Below, piece by piece: positions 1 to 9,760 of a stretch of 32,197 bases of DNA. The DNA is from a bacterium (GTDB taxonomy: Bacteria > UBA9089 > CG2-30-40-21 > SBAY01). The notes under the pieces are model-generated. The model did no database searches. It saw only the letters and a program-made list of their open reading frames with translations, and had not been told where the DNA came from. The stretch's first letter is position 1. The number at the start of each line of letters is the position of its first letter. A program made the translations under genes and the position numbers. The stretch lies in contig JBFMDD010000032.1 in assembly GCA_040754115.1 (NCBI GenBank), positions 1-32,197 of the forward strand, in the 5' to 3' direction.

Positions 1-74
1 TTGAACAAAAAGACGATGACTTTCAAATCACACCGTAACTTTTTAGTTTAGTCGGCTTTAGCCGACCTATATTA

Positions 75-122
75 GCTACAACTACCACCTACAAGCTACC
101 GACTTCCAGTCGGTAGTAGTTG
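75..122. repeat. Imperfect hairpin with CTACnnn heptamer periodicity in the arms; perfect inner hairpin at 96-116
   Basis: CTAC recurs at 76, 82, 89 and 96. CTACCGACT-TCC-AGTCGGTAG (96-116) is a perfect 9-bp stem. The outer pairing is CAACTAC (79-85) with GTAGTTG (116-122). A separate small hairpin GTCGGC-TTTA-GCCGAC lies at 51-66. Confidence 0.6.
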
Positions 123-124
123 AC

Positions 125-173
125 TTTTTATTTTTTATTTTTTATTTTTTATTTTTTTATTTTTTATTTTTTA
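125..173. repeat. Tandem heptamer tract (TTTTTTA)n, about 7 units (one unit is 8 nt, the first is 6 nt)
   Basis: Read directly: ttttta tttttta tttttta tttttta ttttttta tttttta tttttta. It contains the TAA stop (157-159, minus strand) and the last codons (..KNKK) of the 809-aa gene, and continues about 30 nt past the stop. Confidence 0.9.
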
Positions 174-2586
174 TTATTTCAAGCATTTGTTCTGCATAAC
201 TATTATCTGGGTCAAGTTTTAATAAATAATTAAATACCACTACTGCATGCTTATACATCCTTTTTATATAATAAATACTACCTAAGTCTTCATATGCTTC
301 AATATTGTTTGGATCAATTCTTATGATTTCTTTACATTCTTCAATAACTTTATCTAACATTCCATCTTTATAATAGACACGAGCTAATGCATTGTGCATC
401 TTTATATCTTGTGTATCTATTTCAACTACCTTTTTATAATTATTAATTGCCTCCTTAATATTACCAAGTTTTTCATAGATATTTCCTATACTTTTATATG
501 CATTTATATATTTAGAGTCTAACTTTAAGGCTTTTTGAAATGTTTTTATTGCTAAATCATATCTTTTTTGATTGAAATATACCAAACCTAAATTATAATA
601 ATATTCAATACCTTCAGGTATCAGGTTTATTGCCATTTTGAATGATGCCTCTGCATCTATATATTTCTTAACTCGGAAGTATTCACGCCCTCTATCGTTG
701 TAGTCAATCCCATATCGTCGAATAGCAACCTTTGCCCAAAAGTCTTTATAGATTTCTTTATCAAATATCCCTCTATAAATGTAATTAGGATTTTTTAATG
801 TATTTATAACCTCTGTCTTTTCCTTTAAACATTTAGAAAGAATCCCTTCTTCAATTGAGTATCCTTTTTCTATACCTACATTCGTAATAAGTGCATCTTT
901 AAAGACAAAATATATAGAAAAGGAATCAATATTGTCATTAAGAATCCTTTTAAATATGGGTTGATAATGGGAATATAAACCTTTTACTGGTTCCTCATTT
1001 AGTTCTATCTTTAACCAGGGATACCTATTTTTAATCTCTGATATATACCAGGCTTCATTCAGATTATATACCCTAACAATAGCTACATCTTCTCTTGCCT
1101 TCTCAATGTATCTATGATACCAGGTAGTGAGTATATCCGGTTCAGCTTGAGCAATTAAAATAGATTTCTCAGGTAATTGCCTTAGGATATTCTGTGCAAA
1201 GTCATATGCAAAGTAATATCTTGATTTATTGTTTTGATAATAATTCTGGCTATATGCAATAATTGGAGAAAATAAGAATAAAGTACAAAGAATATAACTT
1301 CCTCCTATCTTAATAAAAGAAGATTTGCCCCTTACAACCTTTACAAGATTAATTATCCCCTTTATTCCACATCCAATAAATACTGCCCAGATTACAAATG
1401 ACGGTATATAATAAACCTCTATATCAAAGATTTGATAATTTATTGAGTAAAGTACATCAGCTATGAAAATTAGCACTAATAACAGTAATAATTTAAAATT
1501 ATTTTTAAATAGTATCCAGAGTCCAATTATACCTATCCACCATATATAAATAGTAAATTGTTTAATAAATAAATTAAAATACTCCTTTAGCTTGACAATA
1601 TTTACTAAGTGAAATACCCACTCTTTTATCTCTTTAAACTCATTAACAGAAAGAAATGTCATCCTGTCTTGGAATTCTTTCCCTGTAATATGATTTATAA
1701 TCTCCGATAGTGTACTCGTATCTCTCCAAGCTGGTTCTGCTTCCATACTTGCCCTAATTGGCAAATATAGATAAGGAAGAAGCCCTATTAGAAAAAGAAG
1801 TATTAATAATCCAAGTCTTTTATACTCAAGAAATATCTTTTTATCTGTTATTAATATCCAAAATATTGCTGCTGGGATTATAAATATAGTTGATAACTGA
1901 TGAGTAAAACTTACCCCACAAACAAATGCAAATAAATAAAGTGGTAAATTAACCTTTGAATTTATTTGAGAGTTATAATTTATTATCCGCTCACGCCAGA
2001 TTACAAGTAGTAATACCATTGATAATAGAAATAGAGCATTAAGGGTATATACCTCTGTTACTACTGCTTGAGACCAGAAGGTAGAGGATACTGCTAATAA
2101 TAAAGCAGCAACAACTGGAGGAGTGTAGTGAACCACCAAAGAATCTTTTCTATCTTGTTTATAAGGTCTAAAACTCTGGAATTTTAAAAGTAAAAGATAG
2201 AGAATCATGCAAGCCAATGCTGCTGCAACAGCAGAGATTAGATTTATTCGATAGGCTATATTACCTAAAGGAAGATATGTAAATAAATGCCCTATCATTA
2301 AATAAGTAGGGTAACCTGTTGGTTGAGTAATTCCTAATGTATAGGCACAGGTAATAAAATTACCACTATCTCCAAATGGCAAGGTAGGAGTTAATGTCTT
2401 CAAATACACCTGAAGGGAGATTAAAAACAATAAGAAGCCTACTACATAATCTATTACAGTAAATGATTGTGGAATAATTAATTCATCTTTTGGGATAAGA
2501 AATCTTGGAATCTTGAAAGGAACCTTCCACTTCCCCTTTTTCTGTTTTCTGTTATCTGTTTTCTGCCCTCTGTTTTTCTTACCCAT
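157..2586 (-). CDS. DUF2723/TMEM260-like GT-C family polytopic glycosyltransferase with C-terminal TPR repeats
   Basis: The N-terminal motif FGDSGNFITCAYTLGITQPTGYPTYLMIGHLF matches my recollection of the DUF2723 signature (..GD.g....a..lGi.HPpGYP.y). About 10 or more hydrophobic helices are followed by repeated 34-aa TPR-like units (AEASFKMAINLIP.., AIKTFQKALKLD.., AINNYKKVVEID..). Confidence 0.75.
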   Translation of the reverse strand: MGKKNRGQKTDNRKQKKGKWKVPFKIPRFLIPKDELIIPQSFTVIDYVVGFLLFLISLQVYLKTLTPTLPFGDSGNFITCAYTLGITQPTGYPTYLMIGHLFTYLPLGNIAYRINLISAVAAALACMILYLLLLKFQSFRPYKQDRKDSLVVHYTPPVVAALLLAVSSTFWSQAVVTEVYTLNALFLLSMVLLLVIWRERIINYNSQINSKVNLPLYLFAFVCGVSFTHQLSTIFIIPAAIFWILITDKKIFLEYKRLGLLILLFLIGLLPYLYLPIRASMEAEPAWRDTSTLSEIINHITGKEFQDRMTFLSVNEFKEIKEWVFHLVNIVKLKEYFNLFIKQFTIYIWWIGIIGLWILFKNNFKLLLLLVLIFIADVLYSINYQIFDIEVYYIPSFVIWAVFIGCGIKGIINLVKVVRGKSSFIKIGGSYILCTLFLFSPIIAYSQNYYQNNKSRYYFAYDFAQNILRQLPEKSILIAQAEPDILTTWYHRYIEKAREDVAIVRVYNLNEAWYISEIKNRYPWLKIELNEEPVKGLYSHYQPIFKRILNDNIDSFSIYFVFKDALITNVGIEKGYSIEEGILSKCLKEKTEVINTLKNPNYIYRGIFDKEIYKDFWAKVAIRRYGIDYNDRGREYFRVKKYIDAEASFKMAINLIPEGIEYYYNLGLVYFNQKRYDLAIKTFQKALKLDSKYINAYKSIGNIYEKLGNIKEAINNYKKVVEIDTQDIKMHNALARVYYKDGMLDKVIEECKEIIRIDPNNIEAYEDLGSIYYIKRMYKHAVVVFNYLLKLDPDNSYAEQMLEIIKNKK

Positions 2587-2596
2587 CTTGTCTACT

Positions 2597-2626
2597 ATTA
2601 TACTTTCTCCTCCCTGCCATTGTCAA
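2597..2626 (-). promoter_or_regulatory. Sigma70-type promoter TTGACA-18-TATAAT, 10 nt upstream of ATG 2586 (leaderless-type)
   Basis: The minus strand reads TTGACA (2626-2621), an 18-nt spacer atggcagggaggagaaag, TATAAT (2602-2597), agtagacaag, then ATG. There is no SD between the -10 box and the ATG. Confidence 0.6.
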
Positions 2627-2733
2627 CTAAAAATAATATTAATCAGAAATTCCCCAACTTAATTTATAAAGAGTCTACGGCTACCACTGAAATTTCAATC
2701 TCACTTAAGTGAATTCTATAATCAAGGTCTGAG

Positions 2734-3032
2734 GTAACCGTTCAGGGTGTAATGAAGGGAAAAGGGGAATAGTGGGAAAACCTGTTCCTGACAGGTTCAG
2801 GAAAGGGAAATTTATTTTTATGGAGAGGGATTTGATAGTTATTCTGGTGATTTCTTTCGGATATTTATTTGTAAGCGTCCACAGAAAATTGAAATTGGAA
2901 ATTAGAAATTGGGCTTTCACTTCTCTCCCTAATTTCTAATTTCAACTCTCTTTTCTTTCCGTAAGCTTTCAAACAAAAGTGAACCCTCCCAAATTCTTTA
3001 ATATTTTCCCTTACTTACCCCTGAACGCTTAC
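2734..3032 (+). mobile_element. MITE-like nested repeat, copy A (outer shell plus inner core with GAAATTR heptamer hairpin)
   Basis: Terminal inverted repeats are GTAACCGTTCAGGGTGTAATGAAGGGAAAA (2734-2763) and the reverse complement of 3004-3032, GTAAGCGTTCAGGGGTAAGTAAGGGAAAA. The inner core spans about 2822-2990, with its hairpin at 2884-2945 (GAAATTAGAAATT / AATTTCTAATTTC). The whole element is the reverse complement of copy B (10009-10271), with indels. No coding capacity. The stop codon of the DUF3307 gene (3029-3031) lies inside the right TIR. Confidence 0.8.
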
Positions 3033-3739
3033 GGTCCGAGCCGCAATCGCAATATTAACCCAAAAATAAGTGCAATAGCAGTACTTGCAATGCTGTCAAA
3101 TAAGCTGTATTCTTCCTCCTTTACTCTGGAAATAGCCATTCTGCTAATCAGAACTGTTGGGATGAATAAAAAGAATAGCCCTGGCATAAGAATTAAAGCC
3201 ATAACTACCAACCGCTCAATTATTCCATAGCGTTTGGTACTTAATGCTTGACTTGTGTAATCTCTAACAAACATCTTCTTTAAATAATGAATAACTATTG
3301 CCCCAAAATAACCTGCTGCAATAAATCCACTTATTATTAAAATTATCGCTTTGTTATACAGCACACCTTTTATAAACTTGGGTATTGCAAGTGCAGTGGC
3401 AGAGATTGAAGCAATTATTAAACTAACTAACCACACCACTGCTATATGGCAAAATTGGTCTAATAAAAACATCCACAGATTGTCTAAATTAGTTTTAGAG
3501 GTAAAAAGTACTCTTGCATAATCAATCAGAAAGTGCGAGAGTATCAAGATAATGAGTGCCACCCACATCCGCATACAAAAGATATAAGGGAATAAAGGTA
3601 GTGCTGAAATCATCCCTACAATAGCACAATGCAGTAATACACCCCACTTACTCTTTACCTTTAATTTAAATAATTCATTAAATTGTAAAGGAAAATCTGC
3701 TATTAAATGAGCCAATAATAATTGATAGAAAATCATCAT
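3029..3739 (-). CDS. DUF3307 family integral membrane protein
   Basis: The N-terminus MMIFYQLLLAHLIADFPLQ matches the DUF3307 signature (LL.AH.iaDF.LQ), and the protein is multi-pass hydrophobic. The track ORF starts at GTG 3784. I prefer ATG 3739, which is preceded by GGAG at a 5-nt spacing. The start is uncertain (3739, 3754 or 3784). Confidence 0.7.
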   Translation of the reverse strand: MMIFYQLLLAHLIADFPLQFNELFKLKVKSKWGVLLHCAIVGMISALPLFPYIFCMRMWVALIILILSHFLIDYARVLFTSKTNLDNLWMFLLDQFCHIAVVWLVSLIIASISATALAIPKFIKGVLYNKAIILIISGFIAAGYFGAIVIHYLKKMFVRDYTSQALSTKRYGIIERLVVMALILMPGLFFLFIPTVLISRMAISRVKEEEYSLFDSIASTAIALIFGLILRLRLGP

Positions 3740-3773
3740 TTTAACTCCATTCATGAGATCCGAGACTACTACT

Positions 3774-4994
3774 CTACTTGTCACTTTCTCCTTTAATCAA
3801 TCCATCTTCATACGCCTTCAAAAATGCAGTTGCTACTTCTGAATCAAATTGAGAGCCAGCATGTTCTTTTATCTCATCTAAAGCCCGTTGATGCGGCAAT
3901 CCTTTACGATATGGTCTATCAGAGGTCATAGCATCAAATGTATCTGCTACTGCTAATATTTTACCTCCAATGGATATATCTTTACCTTGTAGTTTATTAG
4001 GATATCCATTTCCATCATATCGTTCATGATGTTGCCAGACACCTGGAACAATAGATTGTAATTGTTTTATTGGTCTAATAATTCCCGCTCCAATCTCAGG
4101 ATGTTTCTTAATTTGCTCAAATTCCTCATCTGTTAACTTTTCAGTTTTTCTAAGAATACTTTCATCAATTCCTATCTTACCAATATCATGAAGTAATCCT
4201 GCCAGTCTAATAGTTTCTTCCTCATCACTACTCAAATTTAATTTTTGAGCGATTGCTTGAGAATATTTCATTACCCGTTCACTATGTCCATGTGTATATG
4301 GGTCTTTTGCTTCAATAGTAGTAACTAAAGCCTTGATGCTGCTAAAGAATAGGTTTTTTAAATCCTCGTACAAGTGTGAATTTTCAATAGCAATTGCCTC
4401 TTGATTAGCCATTGCCTGCAGTAGTTCTAAATCATCTTTAGAGAACCTATCCTCTCCAATTTTATTAATAGCCTCTACTACCCCAATTATTCTGTTTTTA
4501 ATTAATAATGGGACACATAGAATAGATTTGGTTACAAATTTAATTTCCTCATCTATCCTGCGATCTTGAGAAAATCTTGGATCTTTACGAACATCCGCAA
4601 TTGAAATAGGTTGTTTGTTTTTAACTACCCACCCTGCTACCCCTTCACTGATAGGAAATCTAATCCTTTTTATCTCTTCTTTTTTCTCTCCCAGAGCTAC
4701 CTCAAACACAAATTCATTATGCTCCTCATCTATCAACATTAATGAAGATGCCTCTGCTTTTAATAGTTTAGTAGTAAGTTCCATAATTATAGGTAATAAT
4801 TCTTTTATGTGTAGAGTAGAATTAACAATTTGGCTTACTTCAACCAAAGATTCTAAAGTAGCCATCTTTTGACAAATGGCGTTAAAAGATTTATTAAATG
4901 AGTAAAATTTTTCGAGTTCAGTATAATCAAACTTTTTTACAATCTCTTTTTGTAATTCTTCTAATTGTGTTTGTGCTAATTTTAGTTCTTCCAT
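3774..4994 (-). CDS. GAF domain + HD-GYP domain protein (c-di-GMP phosphodiesterase type)
   Basis: HD-GYP motifs are present: HGHSERV, LHDIGKIGI, HHERYDGNGYP. The preceding region of about 150 aa (LMLIDEE..EFVFEVALG..GVAGWV) is GAF-like. The ATG overlaps the stop of the upstream gene by 13 nt. Confidence 0.85.
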   Translation of the reverse strand: MEELKLAQTQLEELQKEIVKKFDYTELEKFYSFNKSFNAICQKMATLESLVEVSQIVNSTLHIKELLPIIMELTTKLLKAEASSLMLIDEEHNEFVFEVALGEKKEEIKRIRFPISEGVAGWVVKNKQPISIADVRKDPRFSQDRRIDEEIKFVTKSILCVPLLIKNRIIGVVEAINKIGEDRFSKDDLELLQAMANQEAIAIENSHLYEDLKNLFFSSIKALVTTIEAKDPYTHGHSERVMKYSQAIAQKLNLSSDEEETIRLAGLLHDIGKIGIDESILRKTEKLTDEEFEQIKKHPEIGAGIIRPIKQLQSIVPGVWQHHERYDGNGYPNKLQGKDISIGGKILAVADTFDAMTSDRPYRKGLPHQRALDEIKEHAGSQFDSEVATAFLKAYEDGLIKGESDK

Positions 4995-7357
4995 TTTGAT
5001 AAAAATTCCTTTGCATAAATATCATCTGGACTAAGTTTTAATAAGTATTCAAACGCCTTTTTTGCCTCATCAATTTTCCCTTGATGGGCATAAATATTGC
5101 CTAATATCTTACATGTATTTGCATTTTCTGGGTTAAGGTGAAGGATAATTAAACATTGCTTAAGTGCCTCATCCAGATTATTTTCTTCAAGATAGAAAGA
5201 GACTAATCTTTCTCTAAGCCAGATAGTTCGAGGGCCGGATTCCTTAGCTAATAATTCCTTAATATCTGCTTTAATATCACCTTTGCCAGATTGTGCATAG
5301 GTTCGCATCAAATTGGTTAATGCCATAGAATAGTCAGGTTTAAGCCATAGTGCTTGTTTAAATTCCTTGATAGCCTCATCATATTTTCCAAGTCTTTGAT
5401 ACACCAATCCAATAGTATTATGTGGGTCTGGATTGTACGGGTCAACCTCTATTGCCTTTTTGAACGCCTTAACAGCTTTATCTAACTCTTTACCGCCCAA
5501 ATAGTATCCTGCACCTAAAATAGAGTTTCCTACACCATCATCAGGATTAAGAGCAATTAACTTTTGGGCTTGTGTAATAGTCTTTTTAATCCATACCTCA
5601 TCACCAGTATCCTGTGCATAATGTAAGTAGATAGAACATACCTCTCGATAATACTGAGTTTCGTAAGGATTAAATTGTAACGCTCGCTCAAATCTATATT
5701 GAGTGTCTTTTTTATACTCAGGAGGCATAGCCTGAAGTAAAGTTCCCTGTTCATAATTAAAATCAGCAATACATGGTCTTACAACTAATAAAATCCATAA
5801 CCAGATAGCCATTCCTATTGTAGCTAAAGAGATAATCCATCGCAATTCTTTAATTGTAATAGGTAGTGGAAAAGAAGTAGATTTAGCTCTAAATATCATT
5901 CCTGAGGCAAGGATAATCCAAAAGAAAGATGAAGAAGAAACACCAGTAGGACTGAAACTGTTTTGAATAAGATGAGAAAACAAAGCAGATAATAGTCCTG
6001 GAATAAGGAATTTTTCCATACCATCAGCATGCCAATAAGTCTTCAGGCAAATAATTATAAAAGTTATTAGCAGCCAGAGATAAATGATTAATCCAATAGT
6101 CCCTCTTGATACCCAAATATCTAATAACTCATTATGAACACTGGCAGCAGTAGCATAAGCTCCCTCTGCCATTGCAGATTCTACAGGTTTATACCGTGAA
6201 TGAATAATACCGACGGTATCTAACCCTATACCTAAAATTGGGTAGTCAAGAATGATATTTAATGCACCTTGCCATATGTATATTCGCGGATTTAACTTAG
6301 CCATAGAAGTAGCGGTGAATGTCCCAACTTCAAAAGGAGATACCTGTTTTGGTGGCGAAGGCTTAAAAATAGTTGCAAACCTACCAATTACAGCTAATTC
6401 TGGATTTATATTTGAAAAGACTAAATAGCAAAGAAAAATTACACCAAATATTCCTAATAACTGTCTTTTATAAGTAATTATCTTCTTTCCTAATAAAATC
6501 CCTATTAACGCAAGTCCTCCAACCATACCCAGAAAAGGTGCTCGACTGGCTGAAAAACAAAATCCATATAAAATTATACCAATACATATTCCATATACCC
6601 AAAAAGGTATTTTCTCTATTTGAGTTTTAGGTTGTTCAGGATATTGTAGAGTAACTCGTCTCTTTTTCTTTTTCTTTTTTGAAGGCACGGTATGTTTCTT
6701 TTCTTGCTTGTGTGTAATTTCTCTTGAGAAGAACATACATATTGTTATTCCTAACACCATAATAATATAATTCCCAAAACCAATAGGGTTGCCTAAACTT
6801 GATGATACTCTACCCCCAGTGAATAACTCCCATTTTACCGGGTCAAGACCATAATGTTGGATAATACCATAGCCTGCAACTAAAACACCACTAAGGATAA
6901 TTACATTAATAAACCAGAGAACTAATTCTTTATTTATAAAATTAACCACACAATAAAATAAAAATATGTAGTTAATCACTACAAGTAACCCTTCAAAATG
7001 GCCATAAAAGCCAAATAGGCTGATTATTGGGTTAATAGAAAAGATAGTAGCAATTATACTAATTAATAAGAAAGCAAGTATTGGAATATCAATAGGCGTT
7101 CTTACAAATTTAAGCTCTCTTGTAAAGACAATCTTGACTATCCATGTAATTGCAATAATCAGTGATAATGTGTACATAAAGGCTATCTTTTGGAGATCAA
7201 GGGCATTAATATTCAACCCGAAAAATAAAGGGATAGTAAATACCATTACCACTATACAGCTCACAATAACTCTATCATAGAGAGGTAATCGTTTACATCT
7301 GTAAAAGGTGATAGAAAATACTATTAATATCATACAGCCAATGATAAACATATTCAT
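4982..7357 (-). CDS. O-antigen ligase (Wzy_C) family polytopic membrane protein with C-terminal TPR repeats
   Basis: Wzy_C-type motifs are SASRAPFLGMVGG and VHNELLDIWVSRGTIG, with many TM helices. The C-terminal roughly 250 aa are TPR units (AVKAFKKAIEVDP, AIKEFKQALWLKP, AKKAFEYLLKLSP). It is a paralog of 7372..9633 and 18435..20945, sharing the N-terminal motif E(L/F)(K/Q)F(V/I)R(T/S).(I/L)D.P(I/V)LAFL. The RBS AAGGAG lies in the 14-nt gap upstream. Confidence 0.8.
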   Translation of the reverse strand: MNMFIIGCMILIVFSITFYRCKRLPLYDRVIVSCIVVMVFTIPLFFGLNINALDLQKIAFMYTLSLIIAITWIVKIVFTRELKFVRTPIDIPILAFLLISIIATIFSINPIISLFGFYGHFEGLLVVINYIFLFYCVVNFINKELVLWFINVIILSGVLVAGYGIIQHYGLDPVKWELFTGGRVSSSLGNPIGFGNYIIMVLGITICMFFSREITHKQEKKHTVPSKKKKKKRRVTLQYPEQPKTQIEKIPFWVYGICIGIILYGFCFSASRAPFLGMVGGLALIGILLGKKIITYKRQLLGIFGVIFLCYLVFSNINPELAVIGRFATIFKPSPPKQVSPFEVGTFTATSMAKLNPRIYIWQGALNIILDYPILGIGLDTVGIIHSRYKPVESAMAEGAYATAASVHNELLDIWVSRGTIGLIIYLWLLITFIIICLKTYWHADGMEKFLIPGLLSALFSHLIQNSFSPTGVSSSSFFWIILASGMIFRAKSTSFPLPITIKELRWIISLATIGMAIWLWILLVVRPCIADFNYEQGTLLQAMPPEYKKDTQYRFERALQFNPYETQYYREVCSIYLHYAQDTGDEVWIKKTITQAQKLIALNPDDGVGNSILGAGYYLGGKELDKAVKAFKKAIEVDPYNPDPHNTIGLVYQRLGKYDEAIKEFKQALWLKPDYSMALTNLMRTYAQSGKGDIKADIKELLAKESGPRTIWLRERLVSFYLEENNLDEALKQCLIILHLNPENANTCKILGNIYAHQGKIDEAKKAFEYLLKLSPDDIYAKEFLSKWKN

Positions 7358-7371
7358 CTTCTGGCTCCTTT

Positions 7372-9633
7372 TTACCTTGTTATCATACCAAGCATTTGTT
7401 TTGCATAACTGTTCTGCGGGTCGACCTTTAAAACTGCCTCAAACTCATGCCTTGCTTTATTAAATATTTGTTGATTGATATAAATAGTGCCTAAGTTATT
7501 ACGGGCAAAAATATTGTTTGAATCTAATTCAATTGCCTTTTTAAATTGAGTTTCTGCCTCTTTATATCTTTTTTGGTCGAAGTAAATTTTACCTAATTTG
7601 TTATAAGAGTCTGGTTTTTGAGGGTTATATGCAATAGCTTTTTTTAAAAGCTCTATTGCTTTATTTATCTGGCCTTTAACTTGATATAATTCACCTAAGA
7701 TTCGTAAGTAATTAGAATCATCTGGAAATATAGCAGAGGCTTGTTCCATTTCTCTAATTGCCTCATCATATTTTCCCTGTCTGACATAAATAGCAGCAAT
7801 ATTATTATGTGGGTCGGCAAATAGTGGTTTATATTTAATTGCATTTTTAGAGGCTTCAATTGACTTGTTAGCACAGCTCTCATCTCCACGAACATATTTC
7901 TCTCCATAAGCAGAACTTAAAAGATTGTAATAATAAGGATGAAGTGGATTACACCTAACTGCTTCCTCTCCTTTGGCAATAAGCATATCTAACCAATACA
8001 TATCTTGAGTTTGATTAAATTTAATATTATATGCATTCAAAATCTCACCATAATAAAATTCTTCACCAGGATTATACTCTAATGCCTTTTCATAACTGGC
8101 AATAGCCTGATCAATATTATTATAATGTACCATTGCTAACCCATTTTTATAGTAAATATCTGCAATATATGGTCGTAAAGATAAAGAAATGAGTTGGTAA
8201 ATTAAAATCAATAAAGGGATACATATTACAATACGAATAATAATATGTACTCTAATGGGTTTAGTCATTTGAGGTTTGGGCATACCGATAGGGATTGCCA
8301 TACCTAATAATAACCAGAATAAAGAAGATGTCCCAATGATTCCAAAGCCAACTTCATTTTGTACAAGATAAGAGATTATAGCGGCTAATACACCAACTAA
8401 TAAAATCTTGTTTTCTTGTTTAATTGAGGAATAATTTTTATATACAAATATAAATAGTAAAATTATAATCCAGAAGTATGCAGCTAATCCTAATAGTCCA
8501 CGAGTTATAGCCATATCTAAGGCTTCCATATGCGCCTTGTCAATCAGGCAATTTCTGCCCCCTTCTGAACGAATAAATTCAATATTTTCATACTTAGTAG
8601 AAACCATCCGTAAGGCATCCGGTCCTACTCCTAAAAAAGGATGTTCTTTTATAATCCGCAGTCCGGTTTGCCAGATATAAACTCTTGTCTCGGCAGTGCT
8701 GGTAAGTCTTATTGTTGGAATAGCTTTCCCTTCCTCTTTCTCTACTGCAATTGTTGATGTAAACTTTTTCACTAAACCCGATTCTCCCTTTAGGAAAAAT
8801 ATTCCAGTAGCAACACTCATAATTACAAAAAGTATTGAAAATCGTAGCTTCATTTTAAGAAATTGTTTCACTAATAGGATGCCAAATAAAAGTATTCCTG
8901 TACCAAGTCCAAGTGCTCCTCCTCGATGAGCAAGTAGAGAAAAGCATTTATAGATTAAGAGAAGACTTATCAAAGAAGTAGCTAAAAAAATAATTTTTTT
9001 TACCATAGTGTGCTTCTTTGAATATGGCAGGAGGAATAGAGTTAAAGGGAGAAAGAAAACCATAGCTAAATAGCCACCTACGAAATTAGGATTGCCAAAA
9101 GTAGAAATTAACCCAGATTCCCATTTGGTTAAATCAATTCCATAGAATTGCAATATTCCACAACCAGCAACTAAGACTCCAGCAAAAGTGATAAAACCAA
9201 TAGTTCTTTTAAGATATTTGCGTTGCCTTAAAAAATTAACCGCAATATAATATATAAAGATATAATTAACAGTGCTAATTAATCCATCGTATCTTTTGTA
9301 TTCGCCTACCAGACTCATATACGGATGTACACCATTTATTGTAGCGGCGATACTTATAATTAAAAAGGCAAGTATCGGGACATCAAGTGGGGTTCTTATG
9401 AACTGAAATTCATTTGTAAATGTAATTTTTAAACACCAAATTCCAAGAATAATAAGTGTCAATACCCGCATAGCAGTTACTTTTGCTAAATCAAAACTGG
9501 TTATATGTGGGTCAAAGAGAAGTGGGATTATTAAAAACATTAAAACCAAAATAACAATAATTACTCTATCGAAATATTCACTAATTTTCTTTGAGTGTTT
9601 TAATAGATTCCTTGAAAGCTTTGATATATTCAT
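7372..9633 (-). CDS. O-antigen ligase (Wzy_C) family polytopic membrane protein with C-terminal TPR repeats
   Basis: Motifs LAHRGGALGLGTG and KAHMEALDMAITRGLLG are Wzy_C-type. It shares the N-terminal motif EFQFIRTPLDVPILAFLIISIAATI with its paralogs, and the C-terminal half is TPR. Confidence 0.8.
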   Translation of the reverse strand: MNISKLSRNLLKHSKKISEYFDRVIIVILVLMFLIIPLLFDPHITSFDLAKVTAMRVLTLIILGIWCLKITFTNEFQFIRTPLDVPILAFLIISIAATINGVHPYMSLVGEYKRYDGLISTVNYIFIYYIAVNFLRQRKYLKRTIGFITFAGVLVAGCGILQFYGIDLTKWESGLISTFGNPNFVGGYLAMVFFLPLTLFLLPYSKKHTMVKKIIFLATSLISLLLIYKCFSLLAHRGGALGLGTGILLFGILLVKQFLKMKLRFSILFVIMSVATGIFFLKGESGLVKKFTSTIAVEKEEGKAIPTIRLTSTAETRVYIWQTGLRIIKEHPFLGVGPDALRMVSTKYENIEFIRSEGGRNCLIDKAHMEALDMAITRGLLGLAAYFWIIILLFIFVYKNYSSIKQENKILLVGVLAAIISYLVQNEVGFGIIGTSSLFWLLLGMAIPIGMPKPQMTKPIRVHIIIRIVICIPLLILIYQLISLSLRPYIADIYYKNGLAMVHYNNIDQAIASYEKALEYNPGEEFYYGEILNAYNIKFNQTQDMYWLDMLIAKGEEAVRCNPLHPYYYNLLSSAYGEKYVRGDESCANKSIEASKNAIKYKPLFADPHNNIAAIYVRQGKYDEAIREMEQASAIFPDDSNYLRILGELYQVKGQINKAIELLKKAIAYNPQKPDSYNKLGKIYFDQKRYKEAETQFKKAIELDSNNIFARNNLGTIYINQQIFNKARHEFEAVLKVDPQNSYAKQMLGMITR

Positions 9634-9642
9634 TGTGGGTTT

Positions 9643-9672
9643 AGTATATCATACTCATATTCAAAAAGTCAA
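9643..9672 (-). promoter_or_regulatory. Sigma70-type promoter TTGACT-18-TATACT, 9 nt upstream of ATG 9633 (leaderless-type)
   Basis: The minus strand reads TTGACT (9672-9667), an 18-nt spacer, TATACT (9648-9643), aaacccaca, then ATG. There is no SD. A second overlapping TTGACT lies at 9677-9672. Confidence 0.55.
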
Positions 9673-9699
9673 GTCAATAATTTTATATGAAAAACTGTT

Positions 9700-9760
9700 G
9701 GTGTCTGACAAGAGCTATACTTCAGTGGGTTATAAATTGTGATTCGAGAGCGTTACAAAT
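9700..9760 (+). repeat. Short dispersed module GGTGTCTGACAA ... CGTTACAAAT (copy 1)
   Basis: GGTGTCTGACAA at 9700-9711 and CGTTACAAAT at 9751-9760. The same two blocks recur at 12441-12452 and 12475-12484 with a shorter spacer. Confidence 0.6.

Noticed and set aside
1-51. Possible 3' end of a plus-strand gene entering from the left (..LNKKTMTFKSHRNFLV*)
   Set aside because: Only 16 codons are visible and there is no recognisable motif, so it cannot be supported. The hairpins and T-tract that follow are compatible with a terminator but do not prove it.
2705-3230. Track ORFs 2705..2920 (-) and 2979..3230 (+)
   Set aside because: Both lie inside MITE-like copy A and on the antisense strand of the DUF3307 gene. 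Their translations are low-complexity (FNFLW.., NFPFLNL..), they have no RBS, and the same pseudo-proteins would be produced by every repeat copy. They are artefacts of the repeat.
6655-6690. Phase-variable homopolymer in the Lys-run (PSKKKKKKRRV) of the 791-aa Wzy-TPR gene
   Set aside because: The tract is T5-C-T5-C-T6 on the plus strand, i.e. interrupted. No single run is long enough to be a convincing slippage site.
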